Below are positions 10,447 to 21,807 of a stretch of 47,554 nucleotides of DNA, one piece after another. Positions within the stretch are counted from its first letter, which is position 1. Each line of letters opens with the position of its first letter. The translations under genes and the position numbers were made by a program. Below the pieces are notes generated by a model. That model ran no database searches, had not been told where the DNA came from, and saw nothing but the letters and a program-made list of their open reading frames with translations. This DNA comes from Escherichia coli (GTDB lineage Bacteria > Pseudomonadota > Gammaproteobacteria > Enterobacterales > Enterobacteriaceae). The stretch is taken from the NCBI RefSeq assembly GCF_003334385.1, contig NZ_QOWN01000034.1; one strand, written 5' to 3'.

Positions 10447-11733
10447 TTACTGATGATTCATCATCAATTTACGCAACGCAGCAAAATCGGCGGGCAGATT
10501 ATGTGAAAGCAAGGGTAAATCAGCACGTTCTGCCAGCTCTTTTGGCAGATCCAACGTTTCACCGAGAATCGCTTCCACGCTCTCTTTAAATTTCGCCGGA
10601 TGCGCGGTGCCGAGGAACAAGCCATATTCGCCTGGATTCAACTGGTCACGCAGCGCACGATACGCTACGGCAGCGTGCGGCTCCGAAGTGTAGCCCAGTT
10701 CTTTTAACTCACGCATTGTCTGTTGCGTGGTTTCATCATCCACGGCTGCATAACCCAGCTCTTTCAGTTGCCAGATTTTGCGGCGGAACAACTCTTCCAC
10801 ACGCGGCCAGTTGTTCGGCTGACTCACGTCCATCGCGTTGGATAACGTCGCCTGAGTCGCTTTGGGTGACCACTGACCGTCGTGCAGGAAACGTGGCACG
10901 GTATCGTTCACGTTGGTCGCAGCAATAAAACGTTTCACCGGCAGACCGAGTGACTTCGCCAGCAGACCCGCCGTCAAATCGCCGAAGTTTCCGCTTGGCA
11001 CCGAGACAACCAGCCGGTTGCGCGCTTCCTGCGGCAGCTGCGCAACTGCTTCAAAGTAGTAGCAAATCTGCGCCAGCAAACGGCTGATGTTAATCGAGTT
11101 AGCTGAGTTTAACCCCAGCGCCACTTTCAGCTCTTCATCATCAAACGCCTGCTTCACCAGCGCCTGACAGGCATCGAAATCGCCGTCGATGGCAACAGTT
11201 TCGATATTGCCGCCCAATGTACAGAACAGTTTTTCTTGCAGTGGACTGATTTTGCCTCGTGGATAGAGGATAACCACTTTCACATTCGGTAAACCGTAGA
11301 AAGCATGAGCCACTGCCGCTCCGGTATCACCGGAGGTCGCGGTCAGAATGGTCACTGGCTTATCGCCCGCAATATGGGTCAGCATTTGTGCCATAAAGCG
11401 ACCGCCGAAATCTTTAAATGCCAGCGTTGGCCCGTGGAACAATTCCAGACAACCGACATCGCTTTCAACATTGGCGACCGGAGCCGGGAAGGCAAACGCC
11501 GCGCGCACGCGCTCTTCCAGGATTTCCTGCGGGATTTCATCACCAATAAACGCCGAGAGGATCTTCGCACTGCGGGTGACAAAATCCAGCTTCAGCATCT
11601 CATCAATTTCAGTCAGGCTGAATTCCGGCAGGTCGTGCGGAAAAAACAGCCCCTGATTTTTGCCCAACCCCTGGGTTACGGCTTGCGCAAAGCTGACCTG
11701 CTCATTGTGATCTTTCAGATTGTAGAGTTTCAT
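10447..11733 (-). CDS. thrC: Threonine synthase, 428 aa
   Basis: MKLYNLKDHNEQVSFAQAVTQGLGKNQGLFFP...; last gene of thrLABC. Confidence 0.97.
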   Translation of the reverse strand: MKLYNLKDHNEQVSFAQAVTQGLGKNQGLFFPHDLPEFSLTEIDEMLKLDFVTRSAKILSAFIGDEIPQEILEERVRAAFAFPAPVANVESDVGCLELFHGPTLAFKDFGGRFMAQMLTHIAGDKPVTILTATSGDTGAAVAHAFYGLPNVKVVILYPRGKISPLQEKLFCTLGGNIETVAIDGDFDACQALVKQAFDDEELKVALGLNSANSINISRLLAQICYYFEAVAQLPQEARNRLVVSVPSGNFGDLTAGLLAKSLGLPVKRFIAATNVNDTVPRFLHDGQWSPKATQATLSNAMDVSQPNNWPRVEELFRRKIWQLKELGYAAVDDETTQQTMRELKELGYTSEPHAAVAYRALRDQLNPGEYGLFLGTAHPAKFKESVEAILGETLDLPKELAERADLPLLSHNLPADFAALRKLMMNHQ

Positions 11734-12666
11734 TTAGTTTTCCAGTACTCGTGCGCCCGCCGTATCCAGCCGGCAAATATGAACAAAACCTTCCTGATTT
11801 TGCAGGTAGTTCTTACCCAACCAGTCGGCAACGCGCTGGGCGGTATCCGGCTTGTCACACAGAGCGAACAAGGTCGGGCCGGAGCCGGAGATACCGCTCG
11901 CTACCGCGCCGATTTCCGCAACCGCCTGCCGCGCCTGCCGGAAGCCAGGCAGTAACCGTTCACGGTAGGGTTCAGCGATAACATCTTTCATCAGCTTCGC
12001 GGCAAGCTCAGGCTGACGGGAATAGCAGGCGTGAATGAAGCCAGCCAGATGTCGCCCGTGCGCAATGCAATCCTGGCGGCGATACTGCGCCGGTAAAATA
12101 GCCCTGGCTTCTGCCGTCGAGACTTTAATCCCCGGATACGCCAGCACCCACAGCCACTCATCAAACCCTGGCACTTGCTGGCTGATGATGTCGTTTTCTT
12201 CGATCATCAACTGCATACCACCAAGAAAACACGGTGCCACGTTGTCGTAATGAATGCTGCCGGAGATTCGTCCTTCCAGCTCGCCCATCAAAGCCAGCAA
12301 ACGAGTGTCATTAAGCGGCTTGCCACAGTGTTCATTCATCGCCATCAGCGCCGCGACCACCGAACAGGCGCTGGAGCCTAAGCCCGAACCGATTGGCATA
12401 TTCTTTTCCAGAGTCATCGCCACTGGAATTTGCTTGCCAAGCTCCTGGCAAAAACGCTCCCAGCACTGATAAACGATATTTTCCCGTGGTTCTGACGGCA
12501 GCTTATCGGCAAAGCGTCCGAGGTTGTTGAGACTGAATGTCTCTGCCGCCTCAACCGTGACTACATCTCCGAGCAATGCACCATCAACGGGTGTCACCGC
12601 CGCCCCGAGCACATCAAACCCGACGCTCATATTGGCACTGGAAGCCGGGGCATAAACCTTAACCAT
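11734..12666 (-). CDS. thrB: Homoserine kinase, 310 aa
   Basis: [29 protein letters not shown]..., GHMP kinase motifs. Confidence 0.97.
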
Positions 12667-12667
12667 T

Positions 12668-15130
12668 TTAGACTCCTAACTTCCATGAGAGGGTGCGTAG
12701 CAGATCGGCAAAGACACCGGCAGCTGTAACGTCATTACCCGCACCGTATCCGCGCAGGACCAGCGGCAGTGGCTGATAATAGTGGCTATAGAAGGCCAAT
12801 GCGTTTTCGCCGTTTTTCACTTTGAACAGCGGATCGTTGCCATCCACTTCAGCAATCTTCACGCGGCAGACGCCATCTTCATCAATATTGCCAACATAGC
12901 GCAAAACTTTTCCTTCATCACGGGCCTTCGCCACGCGCGCGGCAAAGAGATCGTCGAGCTGTGACAGATTCGCCATAAAAGTCGCAACATCGCCTTCCGC
13001 GTTAAACTCTGCGGGCAGCACAGATTCGATTTCGATATCCGCCAGTTCCAGTGATCGTCCTGTTTCACGGGCGAGAATCAACAGCTTGCGCGCCACATCC
13101 ATACCAGAAAGATCATCTCGCGGGTCCGGTTCGGTATAGCCCATTTCTCTTGCCAGCGTGGTGGCCTCGGAGAAGCTCATCCCTTCGTCTAACTTACCGA
13201 AGATGAAAGAAAGCGAACCAGAAAGAATGCCAGAGAATTTCATCAATTCATCACCCGCGTTGAGCAGGTTTTGCAAGTTCTCAATGACCGGCAACCCCGC
13301 ACCGACGTTGGTGTCATAAAGGAATTTACGCCGTGATTTTTCCGCCGCGTAACGCAGCTGATGGTAGTAATCCATCGACGAGGTGTTGGCCTTTTTGTTC
13401 GGGGTCACCACATGGAAACCTTCGCGCAGGAAGTCGGCATATTGATCCGCCACTGCCTGGCTGGAGGTGCAGTCAACAATGACCGGGTTTAGCAGATGAT
13501 ATTCTTTCACGAGGCGAATTAAGCGCCCGAGATTAAACGGCTCTTTGGCTTGCGCCAGTTCTTCCTGCCAGTTTTCCAGGTTTAGGCCATGCACATTGGT
13601 AAGCAGAGCCTTCGAGTTGGCAACGCCGCAGACACGTAAGTCGATATGTTTATTCTTCAGCCAGCTTTGTTGACGCTTCAGTTGCTCCAGCAGCGCACCG
13701 CCAACGCCACCGACGCCAATCACAAATACTTCGATAACCTGATCGGTATTGAACAGCATCTGATGAGTAACGCGCACGCCAGTGGTCGCATCATCGTTAT
13801 TTACCACGACAGAGATTGAGCGTTCAGAAGATCCCTGAGCAATGGCGACAATGTTGATATTGGCGCGGGCCAGCGCGGCAAAGAATTTCGCCGAGATCCC
13901 ACGCAAGGTGCGCATACCATCACCTACCACCGAGATAATGGCCAGCCGTTCCGTCACCGCCAGCGGCTCCAGTAAGCCTTCTTTCAGTTCCAGGTAGAAC
14001 TCTTCCTGCATTGCCCGTTCAGCTCGCACACAGTCGCTTTGCGGAACGCAGAAACTGATACTGTATTCGGAAGATGATTGCGTAATCAGCACCACGGAAA
14101 TACGGGCGCGTGACATCGCTGCAAACACGCGCGCCGCCATGCCGACCATTCCTTTCATCCCCGGGCCGGAAACGCTGAACATTGCCATGTTATTCAGATT
14201 GGAAATGCCCTTGACCGGTAATTCGTCTTCATCACGGCTGGCACCAATGAGCGTACCTGGTGCTTGAGGATTTCCGGTATTTTTAATCAGGCAAGGGATC
14301 TGGAACTGGGCGATGGGGGTAATGGTGCGGGGGTGAAGAACTTTAGCGCCGAAGTAGGAAAGCTCCATCGCTTCCTGGTAGGACATCGACTTCAACAACC
14401 TCGCATCGGGCACCTGACGCGGGTCGCAGGTATAGACCCCGTCAACGTCCGTCCAAATCTCGCAACAATCGGCGCGTAAACAGGCAGCCAGCACCGCCGC
14501 GGAGTAGTCGGAACCGTTGCGTCCAAGCACCACCAGTTCGCCTTTTTCATTACCGGCGGTGAAACCTGCCATCAGCACCATGTGATCAGCCGGAATACGA
14601 CTTGCCGCAATACGGCGGGTGGACTCAGCAATATCGACGGTAGATTCGAGGTAATGCCCCACTGCCAGCAGTTTTTCGACCGGATCGATAACGGTAACGT
14701 TGTGACCACGCGCTTCTAACACGCCGGCCATAATGGCGATCGACATTTTCTCGCCACGGCAAATCAGCGCAGCGTTGATGCTATCCGGGCACTGCCCCAA
14801 CAAACTAATGCCATGCAGGACATGTTTTATTTGGGCAAATTCCTGGTCGACGAAAGTTTTCAGTTGCGCCAGCGGGAATCCCGGCTGGGCGGCGGTGAGT
14901 CCTGTCAGAAGTTCGGCAAAAATACGTTCGGCATCGCTGATATTGGGTAAAGCATCCTGGCCGCTAATGGTTTTTTCAATCATCGCCACCAGGTGGTTGG
15001 TGATTTTGGCGGGGGCAGAGAGGACGGTGGCCACCTGCCCCTGCCTGGCATTGCTTTCCAGAATATCGGCAACCCGCAGAAAACGTTCTGCATTTGCCAC
15101 TGATGTACCGCCGAACTTCAACACTCGCAT
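12668..15130 (-). CDS. thrA: Bifunctional aspartokinase I / homoserine dehydrogenase I, 820 aa
   Basis: [50 protein letters not shown]... Confidence 0.98.
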
Positions 15131-15154
15131 GGTTGTTACCTCGTTACCTTTGGT

Positions 15155-15192
15155 CGAAAAAAAAAGCCCGCACTGTCAGGTGCGGGCTTTTT
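15155..15192 (-). terminator. thr leader attenuator terminator
   Basis: AAAGCCCGCACCTGACAGTGCGGGCTTTTTTTTT on the minus strand, directly after the thrL stop and before thrA. Confidence 0.85.
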
Positions 15193-15211
15193 TCTGTGTT
15201 TCCTGTACGCG

Positions 15212-15280
<69 letters not shown>

Positions 15281-15490
15281 TGTTGTGTACTCTGTAATTT
15301 TTATCTGTCTGTGCGCTATGCCTATATTGGTTAAAGTATTTAGTGACCTAAGTCAATAAAATTTTAATTTACTCACGGCAGGTAACCAGTTCAGAAGCTG
15401 CTGTCAGAGACTCTTTTTTTAATCCACACAGAGACATATTGCCCATTGCAGTCAGAATGAAAAGCTGAAAAATACTTACTAAGGCGTTTT

Positions 15491-16177
15491 TTATTTGGTG
15501 ATATTTTTTTCAATATCATGCAGCAAACGGTGCAACATTGCCGTGTCTCGCTGCTCTAAAAGCCCCAGACGTTGTTGTAACCAGTCGACCAGTTTTGTGT
15601 CATCTGCCACTGCCAGAGTCGTCAGCAATGCCATGACTCGTTCGCGTAAAGCTTGCAGTTGATGTTGGTCTGCCGTTGTGTCACTTTTCGTCGGTTGTTG
15701 TATTAATGTTGCTAATTGATAGCAATAGACCATCACTGCCTGCCCCAGATTGAGCGAAGGATAATCCGCCACCATCGGCACACCAGTAAGAACGTCAGCC
15801 AACGCTAACTCTTCGTTAGTCAGCCCGGAATCTTCGCGACCAAACACCAGCGCGGCATGGCTCATCCATGAAGATTTTTCCTCTAACAGCGGCACCAGTT
15901 CTACTGGCGTTGCGTAGTAATGATATTTCGCCCGACTGCGCGCAGTGGTGGCGACAGTGAAATCGACATCGTGTAACGATTCAACCAGTGTCGGGAAAAC
16001 TTTAATATTATCAATAATATCACCAGATCCATGTGCGACCCAGCGAGTGGCTGGCTCCAGATGTGCCTGACTATCGACAATCCGCAGTTCGCTAAACCCC
16101 ATCGTTTTCATTGCCCGCGCCGCTGCCCCAATATTTTCTGCTCTGGCGGGTGCGACCAGAATAATCGTTATACGCAT
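15491..16177 (-). CDS. yjtD: SpoU/TrmH-family RNA 2'-O-methyltransferase YjtD (LasT), 228 aa
   Basis: MRITIILVAPARAENIGAAARAMKTMGFSELRIVDS...; start trimmed to the internal ATG. Confidence 0.88.
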   Translation of the reverse strand: MRITIILVAPARAENIGAAARAMKTMGFSELRIVDSQAHLEPATRWVAHGSGDIIDNIKVFPTLVESLHDVDFTVATTARSRAKYHYYATPVELVPLLEEKSSWMSHAALVFGREDSGLTNEELALADVLTGVPMVADYPSLNLGQAVMVYCYQLATLIQQPTKSDTTADQHQLQALRERVMALLTTLAVADDTKLVDWLQQRLGLLEQRDTAMLHRLLHDIEKNITK

Positions 16178-16576
16178 ATTGCCACTCTTCTTGACCAAAT
16201 GACCGCGAACAGGGTGATCACTGTCAACTTATTACGCGGTGCGAATTTACAAATCCTTAACGTAAGTCGCAGAAAAAGCCCTTTACTTAGCTTAAAAAAG
16301 GCTAAACTATTTCCTGACTGTACTAACGGTTGAATTGTTAAAAAATGCTACATATCCTTCTGTTTACTTAGGATAATTTTATAAAAAATAAATCTCGACA
16401 ATTGGATTCACCACGTTTATTAGTTGTATGATGCAACTAGTTGGATTATTAAAATAATGTGACGAAAGCTAGCATTTAGATACGATGATTTCATCAAACT
16501 GTTAACGTGCTACAATTGAACTTGATATATGTCAACGAAGCGTAGTTTTATTGGGTGTCCGGCCCCTCTTAGCCTG

Positions 16577-16717
16577 TTATGTTGCTGTTAAAATGGTTAG
16601 GATGACAGCCGTTTTTGACACTGTCGGGTCCTGAGGGAAAGTACCCACGACCAAGCTAATGATGTTGTTGACGTTGATGGAAAGTGCATCAAGAACGCAA
16701 TTACGTACTTTAGTCAT
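16577..16717 (-). CDS. yjjY: Small uncharacterised ORF YjjY, 46 aa
   Basis: ATG and TAA found on the minus strand at exactly the positions predicted by co-linear mapping onto K-12 yjjY; no functional evidence from sequence. Confidence 0.4.
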   Translation of the reverse strand: MTKVRNCVLDALSINVNNIISLVVGTFPQDPTVSKTAVILTILTAT

Positions 16718-16812
16718 GTTACGCCGATCATGTTAATTTGCAGCATGCATCAGGCAGGTCAGGGACTTTTGTACTTCCTGTTTCGATTTAGTTGGCAATT
16801 TAGGTAGCAAAC

Positions 16813-17529
16813 ATGCAGACCCCGCACATTCTTATCGTTGAAGACGAGTTGGTAACACGCAACACGTTGAAAAGTATTTTCGAAGCGGAAGGCTATGATG
16901 TTTTCGAAGCGACAGATGGCGCGGAAATGCATCAGATCCTCTCTGAATATGACATCAACCTGGTGATCATGGATATCAATCTGCCGGGTAAGAACGGTCT
17001 TCTGTTAGCGCGTGAACTGCGCGAGCAGGCGAATGTTGCGTTGATGTTCCTGACTGGCCGTGACAACGAAGTCGATAAAATTCTCGGCCTCGAAATCGGT
17101 GCAGATGACTACATCACCAAACCGTTCAACCCGCGTGAACTGACTATTCGTGCACGCAACCTGCTGTCCCGTACCATGAATCTGGGTACTGTCAGCGAAG
17201 AACGTCGTAGCGTTGAAAGCTACAAGTTCAATGGTTGGGAACTGGACATCAACAGCCGTTCGTTGATCGGCCCTGATGGCGAGCAGTACAAGCTGCCGCG
17301 CAGCGAGTTCCGCGCCATGCTTCACTTCTGTGAAAACCCAGGCAAAATTCAGTCCCGTGCTGAACTGCTGAAGAAAATGACCGGCCGTGAGCTGAAACCA
17401 CACGACCGTACTGTAGACGTGACGATCCGCCGTATTCGTAAACATTTCGAATCTACGCCGGATACGCCGGAAATCATCGCCACCATCCACGGTGAAGGTT
17501 ATCGCTTCTGCGGTGATCTGGAAGATTAA
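16813..17529 (+). CDS. arcA: Aerobic respiration control response regulator ArcA, 238 aa
   Basis: [43 protein letters not shown]...; OmpR-family receiver plus winged-helix domains. Confidence 0.98.
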
Positions 17530-17544
17530 TCGGCGTTACCACCG

Positions 17545-17583
17545 TCAAAAAAAATGGCGCTTTTTAGCGCCGTTTTTTTTTTC
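17545..17583. terminator. Bidirectional terminator between convergent arcA and creD
   Basis: A8-GGCGC-TTTTTA-GCGCC-T11: hairpin flanked by an A-run and a T-run. Confidence 0.75.
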
Positions 17584-17587
17584 AACC

Positions 17588-18940
17588 TTATTTCCAGATA
17601 CGTAATTCATCGTCCGTTGTAACTTCTTTATTGGCTTTCATTTTCGGCAGTGAAAACGCATACCAGTCGATATTACGGGTCACAAACATCATTCCGGCCA
17701 GTGCCACCACCAGCACACTGGTTCCCAACAACAGCGCGCTATCGGCAGAGTTGAGTAGTCCCCACATCACACCATCCAGCAACAACAGCGCGAGGGTAAA
17801 CAACATGCTGTTGCGCCAGCCTTTCAATACCGCCTGCAAATAAATACCGTTCATTAACGCCCCAATCAGACTGGCGATTATCCATGCCCCGGTAAAACCG
17901 GTATGTTCAGAAAGCGCCAGCAAGAGCAAATAAAACATCACTAATGAAAGCCCCACCAGTAAATATTGCATTGGGTGTAAACGTTGCGCGGTGAGCGTTT
18001 CAAAAACAAAGAACGCCATAAAAGTCAGCGCAATCAGCAGAATAGCGTACTTAGTCGCCCGGTCAGTTAATTGGTATTGATCGGCTGGCGTCGTCACTGC
18101 GACGCTAAACGCGGGGAAGTTTTCCCAGCCGGTATCATTGCCTGAAGCAAAACGCTCACCGAGATTATTAGCAAACCAGCTGCTTTGCCATTGCGCCTGA
18201 AAACCTGACTCGCTAACTTCCCGTTTGGCTGGTAGAAAATCACCTAAAAAACTGGGATGCGGCCAGTTGCTGGTTAAGGTCATTTCGCTATTACGCCCGG
18301 CAGGCACCACAGAAAGATCGCCGGTACCGCTTAAATTCAGTGCCATATTCAGCTGCAGGTTCTGCTTCCGCCAGTCCCCTTCGGGTAAAGGGATATGCAC
18401 GCCCTGCCCGCCTTGCTCTAACCCGGTGCCGGGTTCAATGGTCAGCGCCGTTCCGTTAACTTCAGGCGCTTTCACCACACCAATACCACGCGCATCCCCG
18501 ACGCTAATCACAATAAATGGCTTGCCAAAGGTGATATTTGGCGCGTCGAGTTCGCTAAGACGCGAAACATCGAAATCGGCTTTTAGCGTTAAATCACTGT
18601 GCCAGACCTGACCGGTATAAATCCCTATCTTGCGTTCTTCCACGTTCTGATTGCCATCAACCATCAATGACTCAGGTAACCAAAAATGGATAAAACTTCG
18701 TTTCCGCTCCACGGTTTTATCCTCTTCCTGTACCGTATAAAGCTCGGTCACAGGAATAGCGATAAGCGGCCCAACGAGTTTTTGCGGCCCGCTGGTACTT
18801 TGGCGAATCGCATCTTCCACATCGCTACGGTAATCGGCACGTTCGACAATCACCTGCCGAATCAGCATTATCGGAATCAACAACAGCAATACGGCACCAA
18901 ACAGGGTGGTCATTTTCCAGAACAGGGGGGATTTCAACAT
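17588..18940 (-). CDS. creD: Inner membrane protein CreD, 450 aa
   Basis: MLKSPLFWKMTTLFGAVLLLLIPIM...; last gene of the cre operon. Confidence 0.93.
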   Translation of the reverse strand: MLKSPLFWKMTTLFGAVLLLLIPIMLIRQVIVERADYRSDVEDAIRQSTSGPQKLVGPLIAIPVTELYTVQEEDKTVERKRSFIHFWLPESLMVDGNQNVEERKIGIYTGQVWHSDLTLKADFDVSRLSELDAPNITFGKPFIVISVGDARGIGVVKAPEVNGTALTIEPGTGLEQGGQGVHIPLPEGDWRKQNLQLNMALNLSGTGDLSVVPAGRNSEMTLTSNWPHPSFLGDFLPAKREVSESGFQAQWQSSWFANNLGERFASGNDTGWENFPAFSVAVTTPADQYQLTDRATKYAILLIALTFMAFFVFETLTAQRLHPMQYLLVGLSLVMFYLLLLALSEHTGFTGAWIIASLIGALMNGIYLQAVLKGWRNSMLFTLALLLLDGVMWGLLNSADSALLLGTSVLVVALAGMMFVTRNIDWYAFSLPKMKANKEVTTDDELRIWK

Positions 18941-18997
18941 AGTCTTCTCCTTTGCAATGGCAGCAGGATACGAAGGCTATGTGGGAAGAATTTGAAG

Positions 18998-20422
18998 CTA
19001 TGTGAAGTGACGGTGAAGTCGAAGCGAGGCCAGCACGCCACCTTCCTGCACGTTGCGCAGCGTGACTTCGCCGTTAAACAAACGGGCGACCTCACTGACG
19101 AACGCCAACCCCAGACCGCTGCTTTTTTGCCCATTTGCACGCGGCAAAGAGTAAAAGCGTTCAAAAATACGTGACAGCGCGTAGTCAGGAATACCACTAC
19201 CGGTATCCAGCACCTTAAGGGCGACGTGTTCCTGATCCACTTCGGCGCTTAGCGTTATGCGACCGCTCTCGGGGGTAAAATCGATGGCGTTATCCAGTAA
19301 ATTCCCCAGCGCCTGCTCCAGTAACGCCGGTTCAGCAGCAACATTAACCTCAGTGGGCATAACATGTAGAGTGATGTTTTTTTCTGCCAACTGCACGGTG
19401 CGCGCTTCGCTGACGCGGCGAAATAATGCCGCCACATCAACAACAGTCAGAACGACTTCCTGACGATTCTCCAGTCTTGCCTGGCGTAGTAACGTTTCTA
19501 CCAATGCCTGCATACGCGCATTTTGCGTCAGAATGTTGTCGGTAAAACGAGCCACCACTTCCGGTGGCGGACCTTCGCGTAAAATTTCCGCCGCGCTACG
19601 AATCGCCGCCAGTGGGCTTTTTAGCTCATGGGTTAACGCATAAACATACTGCTCAATATAGTTTTTCCCTTCCAGCTTCACGCGCATACTTTCCAGCGCC
19701 TGCGCAAGCTTACGCAACTCGCTACTGCCGAGTTCAGGAAGAGGAACGGGCTTATTGTCAGTGACGGAATCGGCATAGCGAGTGAGCCGGGCAATGGAGC
19801 GGTTGATCCACCAAACCATGCCTGCGCCAATCACCAGTGCAATCCCCAGCAAAATGGCGCTGGCCCATAAAATTCGCCGCTCGCTACGCTTAATGACCGG
19901 AGCCATCGCCGCGTTCGGTTTGCCTACGCTCAAAACGCCAATAAGCCGCGAGCCGTCCATAATCGGCGCGGCAACATACATCACCGAACTTTCGGGATCG
20001 GCAGGATTTTGCAACGTGCTGCGCGCACCATACTGACCACGCAACGTTAGCCAGACGTCATTCCAGCGCGAATAATCCTGCCCAACGGCTTTATTTGCCG
20101 AATCGAACAATACTTTACCCTGCGAATCGGTCATATAGACATGATATTCATTGCGCACTTTGTTAATGCCACCGATATTGGCGCGAAACGGGCGATGTTG
20201 TAGCTGATTAAACGCCTGCGCCAGTTGCCCATGCGTTGGGTCCCCAGAGAGCAAATCGGGACGCGCCAGCTCCGCCAGCAACGTTGCGGTATCGATTAAC
20301 GTCCCCTCCGTTGCTCTTCGCACGCCCGGTTTAACTTCTTTGACAAAAATAGCCAGTACGAACCAGGCCGCCACCGCCACCAGTAAAAAATAGCCCAGCA
20401 GCAACCGCATGCCGATACGCAT
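18998..20422 (-). CDS. creC: Sensor histidine kinase CreC, 474 aa
   Basis: Two transmembrane segments, H-box ELKSPLAAIRSAAEIL, HATPase domain. Confidence 0.95.
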   Translation of the reverse strand: MRIGMRLLLGYFLLVAVAAWFVLAIFVKEVKPGVRRATEGTLIDTATLLAELARPDLLSGDPTHGQLAQAFNQLQHRPFRANIGGINKVRNEYHVYMTDSQGKVLFDSANKAVGQDYSRWNDVWLTLRGQYGARSTLQNPADPESSVMYVAAPIMDGSRLIGVLSVGKPNAAMAPVIKRSERRILWASAILLGIALVIGAGMVWWINRSIARLTRYADSVTDNKPVPLPELGSSELRKLAQALESMRVKLEGKNYIEQYVYALTHELKSPLAAIRSAAEILREGPPPEVVARFTDNILTQNARMQALVETLLRQARLENRQEVVLTVVDVAALFRRVSEARTVQLAEKNITLHVMPTEVNVAAEPALLEQALGNLLDNAIDFTPESGRITLSAEVDQEHVALKVLDTGSGIPDYALSRIFERFYSLPRANGQKSSGLGLAFVSEVARLFNGEVTLRNVQEGGVLASLRLHRHFT

Positions 20423-21111
20423 TACAGGCCCCTCAGGCTATATCCCATGCCGCGATGAGTATTAATCGGTGAAAGATCGGGGTTGATGGCGCGCAGCTTG
20501 GCACGCAACGTTTTAATGTGGGTATCAACGGTGCGATCGTAGGTGTCCTGCGCATCTTCCCACACGCTATCCATTAGTTGCTGGCGGGACCAGACGCGGC
20601 CTGGCGACTTGAGTAACGTCTTCAGCAATAAAAACTCATACCGCGTCAGCGTTAATGGCGTGTCAAACCAGCTGATCTGCGCCGCGGGTTCATTCAATTC
20701 AAAATGACCAATACGGATGACGGGAGACGGCGACGAGAACTTCTTCACCCGACGCAGTAAGGTGCGCACCCTGGCGCACACTTCGCGGGGTGAAAACGGT
20801 TTAGCCACATAGTCGTCAGCGCCAATTTCCAGCCCAAGCAGGCGATCGACCTCTTCACTTCGGGCCGTCAGGAACAGTACAGGTAACGCCGGATGGAGCG
20901 CCAGTAACTGGCGGCATAATTCAAAGCCGCTGATATCAGGCAAACCAACATCGAGAATCATGACGTCGGGAGCCTGCTGGCGAGCTTTATCCAGCACCGG
21001 CAAGCCTCGCTCAAAGACCTCGACGGCAAAACCTTCCTGCTGCAACATGTAGACCAGCGTGTCGGCTATCCCTTGCTCATCTTCCACTAACCAGACCGTT
21101 TCCCGTTGCAT
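20422..21111 (-). CDS. creB: Response regulator CreB, 229 aa
   Basis: MQRETVWLVEDEQGIADTLVYMLQQEGF...; OmpR family; its stop overlaps the creC start by 1 nt. Confidence 0.95.
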   Translation of the reverse strand: MQRETVWLVEDEQGIADTLVYMLQQEGFAVEVFERGLPVLDKARQQAPDVMILDVGLPDISGFELCRQLLALHPALPVLFLTARSEEVDRLLGLEIGADDYVAKPFSPREVCARVRTLLRRVKKFSSPSPVIRIGHFELNEPAAQISWFDTPLTLTRYEFLLLKTLLKSPGRVWSRQQLMDSVWEDAQDTYDRTVDTHIKTLRAKLRAINPDLSPINTHRGMGYSLRGL

Positions 21112-21123
21112 AAATCGCCTCTG

Positions 21124-21597
21124 TTATTGCCGCCACGGCATGACAGGAACCGCGCTAATCGCGTTTTTCGGCGAACCTTCTACAACTTTGTCGGAGTAAG
21201 CCAGATAAGCGAGCGCGTTGCGTTTGGCGTCATAAAAGCGCACGACCTGTAACGACTTAAAGACCAGGGACGTGCGTTTTTTGAATACTACCTCGCCCTG
21301 AGCTTTGCCGTTTTTAATACGATCCGACAGTTCAATCGGCCCGACTTGCTGACAAGAAATAGCCGCATCGGAGGTATCTTCCGCCAGACCCAATCCCCCT
21401 TTAATACCACCTGTTTTCGCCCGGCTCACATAACAGGTGACATTTTTCACATCGGGATCGTCAAAGGCTTCCACAACAATTTTGTGATCCGGGCCGATCA
21501 TTTTAAATACGGTGTCGACCGAACCAATCTCTTCTGCATGAGCCAATGGCCCCAGCATTATCAGGCTTAAAGACAGGATCAAATGCTTGTATTTCAT
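21124..21597 (-). CDS. creA: CreA (DUF1090) periplasmic protein, 157 aa
   Basis: Signal peptide [21 protein letters not shown]; first gene of creABCD. Confidence 0.9.
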
Positions 21598-21807
21598 ATT
21601 GTTACCATTTTTATCTATTACACGAGCAATTAGTTCGTCACGGTAAATAACATATTGATTAAGAACAAAATCTCAATACTTTTATTTCCGTCAAGACCTA
21701 AAACATACTCTACTAAGAAAAAAACACTGAATGCTAAAACAGCAAAAAATGCTATTATCCAATTACCTGATGTCAGGTGCTCGTTGTTGAAAGGATGAGG
21801 ATATTTT

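Noticed and set aside
11305-11955. 216-aa plus-strand ORF
   Set aside because: Antisense across the thrC/thrB junction; no support.
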